64,000 nucleotides of DNA. Source: Synechococcus sp. Lineage in GTDB: Bacteria; Cyanobacteriota; Cyanobacteriia; Thermostichales; PCC-7336. Positions 10,167-19,460 of this stretch are shown here, one piece after another; within the stretch, counting starts at the first letter, position 1, and the number at the start of each line of letters is the position of its first letter. Position numbers and translations under genes: made by a program. The notes under the pieces were generated by a model that ran no database searches, was not told the origin of the DNA, and worked only from the letters and a program-made list of their open reading frames with translations. The stretch is from assembly GCA_051439605.1 (NCBI GenBank), contig JBFRWN010000124.1, forward strand, positions 136,366 through 200,365, in the 5' to 3' direction.

Positions 10167-11444
10167 ATGATTCAAGAAATTACAATGCCCGCCTTGAGCT
10201 CCACCATGGAAATGGGAAAGGTGGTTTCCTGGTCTAAGAATGCCGGCGATCCTGTCGAAAAGGGTGAAACCATATTGGTGGTCGAATCGGACAAAGCCGA
10301 TATGGACGTGGAGTCTTTCTACAGCGGTACGCTGGCAGCAATTGTTGTGGCAGCGGGTGACTCTGCTCCGGTAGGCTCTGCGATCGCGTTTATCGCCGAA
10401 TCCCCCGATGATATCGATGCTGCCAAAGCAAAAGCTGAGGCTCTACGAGCAGCTGCTCCCGCCACCCCAGCTACCGCTCCTGCAAAAGAAGCACCTCAGC
10501 AGGACAAAGCTTCAGCCGCAGCAATCAAAGCAACTGCTGCTTCCCAAACTGCTCCTGCAGCCTCACGTACCGATGGCCGCATTATTGCGTCTCCCGTCGC
10601 CAAGCGTGTAGCTCAGCAGTTGGGGGTGGACATTGCCAAGGTGCAGGGTAGCGGACCCAACGGCCGCATTATTGAAGCGGATGTTCGGCAGGCTGCCTCG
10701 TCCCCGCAGGCGGCAATCAAGACTTCTACGACTTCTTCCCTTCCCTCGGCGATACCAGCCAATGTCGTACTTGGTGAAGTCGTTCCGTTCAACACTTTGC
10801 AGCAGGCTGTCGTGCGCAACATGAATGCCAGCCTCTCTGTGCCGACATTCCACGTGAGCTACGCTGTCGCCACCGATGCCCTCAATGCTCTCTACAAGCG
10901 GGTTAAGTCTAAGGGGGTCACTATGACTGCCCTGCTGGCAAAGGCTGTGGCTGTCACGCTAGAAAAGCACCCCTTGGTGAACGCAAGCTATTCCGAGACG
11001 GGAATTCATTACAAGGAAAACATCAACGTTGCCGTTGCGGTGGCCATGGAAGATGGTGGATTGATTACTCCCGTATTGCAGCAAGCGAATCAAGTGGATC
11101 TCTACGAGATGTCGCGCCAGTGGAAAGACTTGGTCGACCGTGCTCGTCGCAAGCAATTACAGCCTGAAGAGTACAGTTCTGGAACCTTTACTCTTTCAAA
11201 TCTGGGAATGTTTGGCGTCAGTACCTTCGATGCTATTTTGCCTCCTAACCAAGGGTCGATTTTGGCGATTGGAGGTGCAAAACCAACGGTGGTGGCAACT
11301 CCTGAAGGGGCGATCGCTGTTAAGACTCAGATGCAAGTGACTATCACCTGCGATCACCGAGTTATTTACGGCACTAATGCTGCTGCCTTTCTAAAGGATT
11401 TGGCTCAGCTGATTGAAGACAATGTCGAATCCTTGGCACTTTAA
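10167..11444 (+). CDS. pdhC: Pyruvate dehydrogenase E2, dihydrolipoamide acetyltransferase
   Basis: Lipoyl domain VESDKADMDVE, E3-binding domain GSGPNGRI, catalytic CDHRVIYG. Confidence 0.96.
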   Translation: MIQEITMPALSSTMEMGKVVSWSKNAGDPVEKGETILVVESDKADMDVESFYSGTLAAIVVAAGDSAPVGSAIAFIAESPDDIDAAKAKAEALRAAAPATPATAPAKEAPQQDKASAAAIKATAASQTAPAASRTDGRIIASPVAKRVAQQLGVDIAKVQGSGPNGRIIEADVRQAASSPQAAIKTSTTSSLPSAIPANVVLGEVVPFNTLQQAVVRNMNASLSVPTFHVSYAVATDALNALYKRVKSKGVTMTALLAKAVAVTLEKHPLVNASYSETGIHYKENINVAVAVAMEDGGLITPVLQQANQVDLYEMSRQWKDLVDRARRKQLQPEEYSSGTFTLSNLGMFGVSTFDAILPPNQGSILAIGGAKPTVVATPEGAIAVKTQMQVTITCDHRVIYGTNAAAFLKDLAQLIEDNVESLAL

Positions 11445-11491
11445 ATCGGTAGTTTGAGCGATTCTGGAAGAGGGTGAACGCTCCAGTCAGG

Positions 11492-11716
11492 TTAATCTTC
11501 CTGCACTAAATCGATGTATTTGCCATCGATGAGAAAGGCGCCATTGGCAAATCGAATGCTGAAGTATCCTGCTGGCCGAATCTCGAGTATGCGCCCTTCT
11601 TCCCCGACCTTGACCAGTTCAGCAGACCGCAACATAGGCATCGGCTCGGCGGTTTTCAAAAAAGGGGGGAGTTGAACGATTTTTACGATATCCCCCACGG
11701 AAAAAGAACGGTTCAC
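11492..11716 (-). CDS. sipA: NblS-interacting regulatory protein SipA (DUF3148)
   Basis: LPPFLKTAEPMPMLR...GEEGRI...GYFSIRFANGAFLID matches the SipA family as I recall it. Confidence 0.85.
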   Translation of the reverse strand: MNRSFSVGDIVKIVQLPPFLKTAEPMPMLRSAELVKVGEEGRILEIRPAGYFSIRFANGAFLIDGKYIDLVQED

Positions 11717-12106
11717 GGGCAGTCTGTACCTAACTCAACCGGGATCGCGACCGATAGCTGTAGTCATTTCTGTTGGAACTGCAAGATAGATACCTGTGAG
11801 GGGATCGACTTATCTCAGTCCTAAGCATTTGGCGGTCGCTATAGGAGCTGATACTAGCATGCAGCTCTCTCACGGAAACCGCAGAACTGTGCAGGCGAAC
11901 GCCTTTCCCAACCGCTACCCAGCAGCATCGTGGCTCAATCGCACAAGGTAGAACGCGCTTTACGACCTTTCGATTTTGTCCGAAAGGAGTAGAACTGTAT
12001 CAGTTGTTCATGGAGCAAGCACCCAAACGGGCTTATACTTCAACTCCAGCACTGTTTTTCAGCCATAACCCCCCTACAAGAAGATTCAAGACCGCGAGGG
12101 CGGCGA

Positions 12107-12337
12107 TTGCCGCAAAGCTCCATGGATGAACGTCAGGTAAGCAAACAACGTGCTAACGCCTTAGAGCAATATTTGCTGGATGGCGGATTTGTGGACGGTC
12201 GCGAGCTGGATTTGGCAAAAAAGCTGCAGGAGCGCGAACAGGGACCGTTACTGATGATTCTACTGCGGCTGAACTTTATCGATACCGACCAGCTGGCTCA
12301 GCTTTGGGATTTTGAAGATCGTGCCTGGGTTTCTTGA
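12107..12337 (+). CDS. DUF2949-like small cyanobacterial protein
   Basis: LAKKLQEREQGPLLMILLRLNFIDTDQLAQLWDF pattern; true start may be the ATG at 12122. Confidence 0.7.
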   Translation: MPQSSMDERQVSKQRANALEQYLLDGGFVDGRELDLAKKLQEREQGPLLMILLRLNFIDTDQLAQLWDFEDRAWVS

Positions 12338-13318
12338 GTGATTCAGATTTATGACCTGCGGGTTGGCAACATTCCCGCCGAAGCTTCTTATAAGAATCAA
12401 ACAACCTTATTGACCCACTGCACGAGCGATCGCTGGCAGCAGGCATACCCCATTCTCAGTCATTGTCTGCCGTTAAACCTTCCGGTTGTCCTTATTGAAT
12501 CCAATTCCAATGTCACGGCGATCGAGACCTCGCTTTCGCAGGTTGAGACCCATTTCTTTTCAGAGCGATCTACTGGGTCTTGCTGGGTGCACGTACTCAT
12601 TCCGATGTCTGGCTCACCGTCGTCGGCAGCGGTCGGCAATCTGATGGAGATTGTGGCAACATTGCGATCGCCCACAGGCTGCCCGTGGGATAGAGCCCAA
12701 ACCCCTATATCCCTAACCCCTTATATCGTGGAGGAAGCTTACGAGGCGGTGGCCGCCATCCGCAGCGGTGACACAGCTCATGCGATGGAAGAGCTGGGGG
12801 ATTTATTGCTGCAGGTAGTGTTGCAGTCCCAGATCTTTAGCGAAACCCAAGACTTTTCCCTGGCCGAAGTGGCAGAGGGGATTTCTAGCAAACTGATTCG
12901 TCGCCATCCCCACGTGTTTGGACCGACCGCAGGACCGACAGATGTCGCTGCAGTCAAACAGCGCTGGGAAGAAATTAAATCTGACGAGAAATCCACTGAA
13001 ACGCTATTGGACACAGTGACCGGCTATGCAGACACGTTTCCCCCGTTATTAGCCGCCACCAAAATCGCTAAAAAGACAGACCAGACCCCAGGTCTTAACG
13101 GCGACCTACAATCTCTGTTCGAGCAGATTCAGCAGCAGCTATCTTGCTTGCGACTGGCTGTTGAAGGAAACGATGAGGACAAGGAAAAGGCCTTAGGTCA
13201 GCTTTTGTTCCTGCTTGCTCAAGTGGGGCAACGACAGGGCATCAAGGCTTCTACTGCGCTTGATGCAGCCAATCGTTTGGCGATACAGCAGGTGAATGAC
13301 TGCGAGTCCCCCTACTGA
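12338..13318 (+). CDS. mazG: MazG family nucleoside triphosphate pyrophosphohydrolase with N-terminal extension
   Basis: LRSPTGCPWDRAQT, EEAYE...EELGDLLLQV, KLIRRHPHVF; second MazG repeat is degenerate. Confidence 0.88.
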   Translation: MIQIYDLRVGNIPAEASYKNQTTLLTHCTSDRWQQAYPILSHCLPLNLPVVLIESNSNVTAIETSLSQVETHFFSERSTGSCWVHVLIPMSGSPSSAAVGNLMEIVATLRSPTGCPWDRAQTPISLTPYIVEEAYEAVAAIRSGDTAHAMEELGDLLLQVVLQSQIFSETQDFSLAEVAEGISSKLIRRHPHVFGPTAGPTDVAAVKQRWEEIKSDEKSTETLLDTVTGYADTFPPLLAATKIAKKTDQTPGLNGDLQSLFEQIQQQLSCLRLAVEGNDEDKEKALGQLLFLLAQVGQRQGIKASTALDAANRLAIQQVNDCESPY

Positions 13319-13324
13319 ATCAGG

Positions 13325-13648
13325 CTAAAGGGACAGGCGATCTTCCAAAGCCCGTACCTGCCGCTCTAGGCGATCCAGCCGTCCCCGCAGTTCGTCCATT
13401 TCCGCCTGGCGAGGTACTCCCCAATCCTGCATCGCGTTACGTATTTGCCGCTGCAGGGTGGCTTCGATGGTCTCCTGGTCGGTCCGAAATTGTGCCATCA
13501 CCTTCTCAACCATTTGTCGAGCAGCTTCGGGATCTAGGCTGCCATTCTGGACTAACTCGTCCACCGCCTTGTTAAACTGCTCCATTACGACACTCGTCGT
13601 ACCAATTCCCATCATTAAGAGTTGTCGCAATAAGCTGTTAGTTTCCAT
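13325..13648 (-). CDS. Phasin/PhaF-like coiled-coil protein
   Basis: LLMMGIGTTS...ELVQNGSL...EMDELRGRLDRLERQVRALE. Confidence 0.75.
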   Translation of the reverse strand: METNSLLRQLLMMGIGTTSVVMEQFNKAVDELVQNGSLDPEAARQMVEKVMAQFRTDQETIEATLQRQIRNAMQDWGVPRQAEMDELRGRLDRLERQVRALEDRLSL

Positions 13649-13704
13649 AACTCCTCAAATGGCTGCGCTATTTCTATTCTGTCAGACTATTTTCTTGCCC
13701 CCCC

Positions 13705-14076
13705 ATGTCTAACCCAATCCCGACGCCCCCAATGACTCCCATTCAAGCTGTGCCTGACCAGCTGACGCTGCACCTAGAAACAGGGTCCATCAGCTTTAAT
13801 TGCCCTCACTCAACCGCTGTCGAGCTCAATCGAGCCCTCGATACACTGGTAAAGCGCCTCAAAACGGTGGCTACCGATCCTAAATCCCCTCAGCCAGCGG
13901 TTGAATTCCGCAATACAGAAGGATTTTTTCTAGAAGTGTTCTGCAATCCCAATATCTGGCCCACCCCTTACGCAGCTAAGCTCAATCTCACCCTGAAAAC
14001 CGATCGTGTCCGTCTCTCAACCGAGCTACTTCTGTCCCAAGTGCGTGAAGATATCGGTCAATTTTTGGGGAGATAA
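13705..14076 (+). CDS. Conserved cyanobacterial hypothetical protein
   Basis: FLEVFCNPNIWPTPYAAK motif; stop overlaps the ureE start (TAATG). Confidence 0.75.
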   Translation: MSNPIPTPPMTPIQAVPDQLTLHLETGSISFNCPHSTAVELNRALDTLVKRLKTVATDPKSPQPAVEFRNTEGFFLEVFCNPNIWPTPYAAKLNLTLKTDRVRLSTELLLSQVREDIGQFLGR

Positions 14077-14522
14077 TGTCGGAATTCTCCACCACCATCA
14101 CCGCGCTCCCGCAGGAAGAGGCAAACGAGGGAAGGCCGACTGAAGCGGTCTGGCTAGATTGGCACGAACGCCGCAAAGCCCGACAGCGGGTCACGAGCGA
14201 TGCTGGGACAGAGCTGTTTTTGGCTCTACCCCGAGGTACCGTTTTGGCGGACGGTCAGTGTCTGTATCGGGAGGCTGACAGACAGATTATTGTCAAAGCG
14301 AGATCGCAGCCTCTACTCAAAATTCATCCCCAATCCCCTGTGGAGAGCTGTCGCATCGCACACCATTTGGGCAATTGGCACCGTCCGATTCAAATCGATC
14401 CGGATGGAGTCATCTGGGTGGAATGCGATCGACCCATTGCAGACTGGCTGCAGCGGACAGGGATTTCATTTGAAACATTAGAGTCCCCCTTCCATCCCAA
14501 CTCCATTGCCCATCAGCATTAG
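14076..14522 (+). CDS. ureE: Urease accessory nickel chaperone UreE
   Basis: LDWHERRKARQRV, LPRGTVLADG, AHHLGNWHRP, short C-terminal His tail. Confidence 0.88.
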   Translation: MSEFSTTITALPQEEANEGRPTEAVWLDWHERRKARQRVTSDAGTELFLALPRGTVLADGQCLYREADRQIIVKARSQPLLKIHPQSPVESCRIAHHLGNWHRPIQIDPDGVIWVECDRPIADWLQRTGISFETLESPFHPNSIAHQH

Positions 14523-14873
14523 TCCTAAATTGCATGAGATAGTCTGACAACGGACGTCAACCCAAGAATAAATGGCGGCGAGGGGCATCAATTATGAGAA
14601 AATTCTGCCGAACGTCTGAAAGGCTCTCAGTTTTGTCACAGTCTGCATGATGCCTGCATCAGGCTCAAGAAATGGTCCCGACCTTAGAGAAGCTAATATG
14701 GCTGTTGAAACCTCGCTACTTATGGCTCAAGCAGTCCTTGCCGGGACTGGCGTTTGAGGGGCCTAGCCTTTAGTATGTAGCTTAATATAGTTAAGCTTTG
14801 GCACAGACGCCCGAACTTCAGACAGAGAGTTGCGCTCAATGTGTGAGCATAGGGGGAGCAAATTGGTGAGCGT

Positions 14874-14901
14874 TTTACATTTCTTTACCGCGTTTTCACT
14901 T
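14874..14901 (+). promoter_or_regulatory. HLR1 (RpaB-box)-like direct repeat upstream of the phycobilisome linker gene
   Basis: TTTACATT-tc-TTTACCGC-gt-TTTCACTT with 10-bp period; the first half-site matches (G/T)TTACA(T/A)(T/A). Confidence 0.35.
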
Positions 14902-15030
14902 TAGCGATGGGATTGCGTAGAGGTTTGTTTGGTTGTTGCTGAATTTGTTCTTGCCATTAAAAAGCTGTTATCCATGTCGGCTACATAATTCACATCGTTT
15001 TTACATTGTTGTTACTAGGAGTAGCACCGA

Positions 15031-16350
15031 ATGAACTTTGGATCGACGTCACGGTTGGGACTCAGCCTGTACGAGACTTCCGACCCCTTGGAGCGATGGC
15101 CGGGTCAATCGAACGCTGATACTGAGGTCGTTATTCGGGCCATCTACCGCCAAGTGCTGGGCAACGTCCACATTATGGACAGCGAGCGACCGATCGCCCT
15201 CGAGTCTCGGCTCAGGAACGGAGAGTTGAGCGTCAGCGAATTTGTGCGCGCATTGGGCAAGTCTGCGCTATATGTAAAACGATTCTGTGATTGCCCCCGC
15301 TTCCGCCAGATCGAGCTGGGATACAAGCATTTCCTGGGTAGAGCCCCCAACAGCTATGCCGAAATGTTGGCTGGTACTGCAATCATGGATCGAGGCGGCT
15401 TCGATGCCTTGGTTGACTTTTTCGTAGACAGTGATGAATTTAAGTCGACGTTCGGTAGCGATACGGTTCCTTACATCCGGGGCTATAAATCAGATGCTCT
15501 GAGTTCTAATGCAGGGTTCTCCTATATGTTCGAACTCCTTGGCGGACCAGCCAGTAGCGATGCTGGGAAGGCTTCTGTTCTGAACGCATCCATCACACAA
15601 GAGAAGCCAAAGACGATCGCACCTGTTTACAAAAAGCCCGTTATTCTTCCTTATCAACCCCCAACTAAATTTACAATCCCAACTGCAGCTCCTGCTGCTA
15701 CTCCTGCTGCTCCAACGTTTGCATCCACTCCCGCCGCCGTTCCCGGAAAAGTCCCGAGCGCCCCAGGTGGAGCACAAGCACCACTATTGGGCGAGGCTGC
15801 TACCAGTGGTGGATTTTTCGGAAAAATCCTCAGCTTTGTGGAAAAACTTACAGGTGGCGGAGAGGCCCCTGCTGCAGCTGAAGCCGGACAAGTGGCAGCC
15901 AGCGCGGCCCCAGAGCAGCCAAAAAAGGCATTTTTCTTAGAGCCCGATGAGGCAATTTCCTTGGGGAACGTGGAGTACATGCGCACTCCAAGAACCGTTC
16001 GTCGAAGCTTCCCCAACGTTGCCGAGCCCGACAAGCCACTGGAATTTGAAGCTGTCGTTGATGCAACTAAGAAAGTTATCACTCCCGAGGCTGAGAAGCC
16101 GACAGGAATTCCTTCTGCGCTTGCGCCGAAGAAAGAAGAAGTTAAAATTCCAGTTGTTATCGCGCCTTTCGCTCCTGGTGTGAAAGTATCGGAGTCATTG
16201 AAGGAGTTTGGTACGACTGCTTCAAGAGCGGGGAAATCCGGTCCTTATGTTTCGATGTCGATGTCTCCTGAGGTATCCGTTCGTCGGAATAAGGACAGCA
16301 GCCTCGATGCATTTCGCAAGATGGCAACTGCAATTCGGAAAGGTGAATAG
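15031..16350 (+). CDS. Phycobilisome linker: CpeC-like PBS_linker_poly domain fused to a Pro/Ala tether and an ApcG/ApcI-like C-terminal module
   Basis: VIRAIYRQVLGN..SER..LESRLRNGELSVSEFVRALGKS..IELGYKHFLGRAP..FGSDTVPYIRGY; no CpcD-like C-terminal domain; ends SSLDAFRKMATAIRKGE; AGGAG SD upstream. Confidence 0.9.
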   Translation: MNFGSTSRLGLSLYETSDPLERWPGQSNADTEVVIRAIYRQVLGNVHIMDSERPIALESRLRNGELSVSEFVRALGKSALYVKRFCDCPRFRQIELGYKHFLGRAPNSYAEMLAGTAIMDRGGFDALVDFFVDSDEFKSTFGSDTVPYIRGYKSDALSSNAGFSYMFELLGGPASSDAGKASVLNASITQEKPKTIAPVYKKPVILPYQPPTKFTIPTAAPAATPAAPTFASTPAAVPGKVPSAPGGAQAPLLGEAATSGGFFGKILSFVEKLTGGGEAPAAAEAGQVAASAAPEQPKKAFFLEPDEAISLGNVEYMRTPRTVRRSFPNVAEPDKPLEFEAVVDATKKVITPEAEKPTGIPSALAPKKEEVKIPVVIAPFAPGVKVSESLKEFGTTASRAGKSGPYVSMSMSPEVSVRRNKDSSLDAFRKMATAIRKGE

Positions 16351-16546
16351 TCTGGCTAGGTTGAGCAGGGCTCTGAATTGCTGTAAGTGTTCCCCCTCGT
16401 TTCCGCACTATACGGGAACCTAAAACGAACCTACAAATGACTCTGTCGATCGCCGGTAGAGTCATTTGTGTGGCGACCGTCAAGTTACCTTGCGATTTAG
16501 CAAGCCTCGATCGCCGATGTTGATTTGAGAAATGACCGGACTCGAA

Positions 16547-19243
16547 TTAAGACTTCGAGTCCTTTTGGGGAAAACGATTGAGTACAAAAGCGATCGCCTC
16601 TTCCCGGGTTTGGAGCTTCCCATCGAGATTGGCATCTCGGATCGCTTGCAGAATATTTCTGAAGCCAGGACCGGGGCGATATCCCAACTGTTTGAGATCG
16701 TGTCCGTTGATGGGGGCTTTTTGTTGCCGCCAGCCAGACAAGTATTGCCACAGCTGCCTGCGCAGCCAAGCTGGCATTGAGGCTGCCAAGAGAATGACAT
16801 CCGCTACAGAGAGGCGATCGCAGAGTCGAGCTACTGCGCTGGGGGGGGATCCAGCTGAGAGTTCAGATAGGAACGTATCCCGACACTCTACAAAGTGCTT
16901 CAGACGCTGTAGCCCCTCCTGAGTCCAATCGAGGTACGTTGCTGCTTCCGCGGCCCGATCGCATTGCAATAGTAAGGACTCTAGTCTGAGCTGCCAGATG
17001 TGCCGCTGGTTGACTTCCCGAAAACGACGGGCAAAGTAATACGCCCAGGCTCCCACCCGCCGCAACCTAGGTAAGGACGTTGGGGTGAGGCGAAGATCGG
17101 GGTGCAGATAATGGAACGCTTCGAGGCGATCGAGCATTTGCAAGCCCTGCCGCCAGTTTTGGGTCTCGAGCAAGTAATACAGCTCTTGCTTAAGGCGAGG
17201 CCCTTGTTCCAAGGTCACCCCAGGTAACTGTTTTCCACGCACCAGTCGGCTAGCAGCCAAGGCATATTCGCGGGTGCGATCGTCCAGTTCGAAACCGAGA
17301 CGCACGGCAAAACGTACTGCCCGGATGGTGCGGGTGGGATCTTCGACGAAGCTATTGGGATGTAAAACCCGCAGCAGCTTTCGGTCTAAATCCTCCAGAC
17401 CACCAAAGAAATCCAGAATTTCCCCCGCCTGCGGGCCGTTGAGCCGGAGGGCAAGAGCATTGATAGAAAAATCTCGTCGATAGAGATCCTGTTGGATTGA
17501 ACTGGCAGATACCTCCGGGGCGGCTGCAGGATACGGGTAAAACTCGGTGCGGGCGGTGGCGATGTCGATCCAAAGGCCGTCCGGCCAAGTGAGGGCGGCC
17601 GTTTGAAATTTGCCGTGAATTTCCAGTTTGGTCTCGGGGTACTCCTCCTGCAACACTCGGGCCAGCTTCACCCCCCATCCCTCCGGTTCTTCATCGCTCA
17701 TACTAATGGGGTGACGTCCATCTACCACTAAATCGAGGTCGTCCGTGGGGCGATCGAGCAACATATCCCTGACTGTGCCCCCCACTACGTACAGTTGCAG
17801 GTTCATGCGATCCGCTGCGTCTGCAGCTTTATTCAAAATGTCCCAGTAGCGATCGGGAAGCATCTGCTGCAGCTTGACCTGCAGGCGATCGCGCACCTGT
17901 ACCGACGGTTGTTCGGTAGGATGCAAGTCATGCAGTTGCCGCAGTACGTCCGTTCGGGTGACGATGCCCACCAACTCGCCGCGATCGATGACAGGCAATC
18001 GGCCAATATCCCGCTTCAACATCAAATTCTGAATCTCTGCCAAAGAGGTTTGCGGTTGAATGAAGTAAACGGGATGGGTCATGTATCCCTTCACCGGAGC
18101 GTGACCGAAGCCGTGGTGCAAAGCTAGGTCCAAATCTCGACGGGAAACGACCCCCACCAACTCGCCACTTTCGTTGACCACCGATAGTCCAGAGTGGCCG
18201 TACCGCAGCAGCACCCGCTGGGCTTCGTTGATGGTGATGTCCGGCCGAATGGTGCGCACGGGGGAGGACATCAACTCCGATGCAGTGACCGGGTGAGGAA
18301 TCCGATCACGCAAGCGGTTGCGAATGTCTGCGGCCAGTGTTTCTAGTCCCTCCAGATCGCTGACATGAAGGTCCTCAGCTTTCAGGGAGGCTGATGCGGC
18401 TCGAGGATGACCGCCGCCGCTGTAGGGTTGCATCACTGTTTGCAGTTGAGCAAAGTCATGCATCGATCGCCCGATGATGCTGATGCGCTTGCCTTGGTGG
18501 GCTATCACCACCAGGATATCTAGGTCCGTCAGCTCCATTAGCCGCTCTACAATGCCCGAGAGTCCCCGCAAATAGACATCGCTTTGTACTGCCCACACCG
18601 CCAGTCGATAACCAGAGACCATCTCGCTAATTTGGCTAATGGTGTCCAGCCCTTGGGCTAGTAGCTCTTGCAGATCTGGGGTGAGACCGCGATCGATATA
18701 GGTCGATAGCACATCAAGATTCACCCCCCGCTCCATCAACCAGGCCAGAGCAGCTGCGTCCCGAGGAGAGCTATTGCCGAAGGTAAGAGAGCCTGTATCG
18801 ACGTGAATCCCTAATGCTAGTGCCGTGACCTCAAAAGGACTTAGCTCGATGTCTGTTTGTCGCAATCGTTCTACCATCAATGTGGAAGTGGCCCCTACTG
18901 GCTCTACACACCAAACCTTGGGTTGGTAATCTGGCTGCTTGGGGTTGGGGTGGTGGTCGAAAACATGCACTTCCACGTCTTCGCGGTAGACCCAAGACTC
19001 AGCTTTTCCCAATCTTTGAGGGGATTGTACGTCCACTAACACAATGCGATGGAGCGATCTCTCGTCCACCGATCGTATTTCGATGAGGGGATATTCGTCT
19101 CGGTGCAGAGCCAAAAATTCTTTCACCGGCTGGTGTGCTCCGCCTGTGAGGACAATTTTGGCCCCAGGGTACAAGTGCGCTGCCCCCACCGCTGCACCGA
19201 GGGCGTCAAAATCAGCAGTTTCGTGGCAAAGAATGACATCCAT
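16547..19243 (-). CDS. tRNA nucleotidyltransferase (A-adding type) with DHH, DHHA1 and CBS domains
   Basis: CHETADFDALGA, DHH, GGGHPRAASA, CBS pair, VGGTVRD..DLDLVV, DLYRRDFSINA, EDPTR; true start ATG 19243 (MDVILCHE). Confidence 0.93.
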   Translation of the reverse strand: MDVILCHETADFDALGAAVGAAHLYPGAKIVLTGGAHQPVKEFLALHRDEYPLIEIRSVDERSLHRIVLVDVQSPQRLGKAESWVYREDVEVHVFDHHPNPKQPDYQPKVWCVEPVGATSTLMVERLRQTDIELSPFEVTALALGIHVDTGSLTFGNSSPRDAAALAWLMERGVNLDVLSTYIDRGLTPDLQELLAQGLDTISQISEMVSGYRLAVWAVQSDVYLRGLSGIVERLMELTDLDILVVIAHQGKRISIIGRSMHDFAQLQTVMQPYSGGGHPRAASASLKAEDLHVSDLEGLETLAADIRNRLRDRIPHPVTASELMSSPVRTIRPDITINEAQRVLLRYGHSGLSVVNESGELVGVVSRRDLDLALHHGFGHAPVKGYMTHPVYFIQPQTSLAEIQNLMLKRDIGRLPVIDRGELVGIVTRTDVLRQLHDLHPTEQPSVQVRDRLQVKLQQMLPDRYWDILNKAADAADRMNLQLYVVGGTVRDMLLDRPTDDLDLVVDGRHPISMSDEEPEGWGVKLARVLQEEYPETKLEIHGKFQTAALTWPDGLWIDIATARTEFYPYPAAAPEVSASSIQQDLYRRDFSINALALRLNGPQAGEILDFFGGLEDLDRKLLRVLHPNSFVEDPTRTIRAVRFAVRLGFELDDRTREYALAASRLVRGKQLPGVTLEQGPRLKQELYYLLETQNWRQGLQMLDRLEAFHYLHPDLRLTPTSLPRLRRVGAWAYYFARRFREVNQRHIWQLRLESLLLQCDRAAEAATYLDWTQEGLQRLKHFVECRDTFLSELSAGSPPSAVARLCDRLSVADVILLAASMPAWLRRQLWQYLSGWRQQKAPINGHDLKQLGYRPGPGFRNILQAIRDANLDGKLQTREEAIAFVLNRFPQKDSKS

Positions 19244-19460
19244 AAACAGGCGCGGACTGGCGAGAAGGATAGTGGAATAGCTCGTGAGGCTATCTTGATT
19301 CTTGCATCTGCGGTCATGCAGAGTTGGAGATTGGTGGGGGGAGAATGAGCGATCGTCAACAACGGTCCTGCATACCCTAGGAAAAAGCCCTGCCGCAGTG
19401 GGCAAGGCGCTGTTTAGCGTGGGAAGTGAAAGACTCAATGGGAACGGGCTAGTGCTTGAG

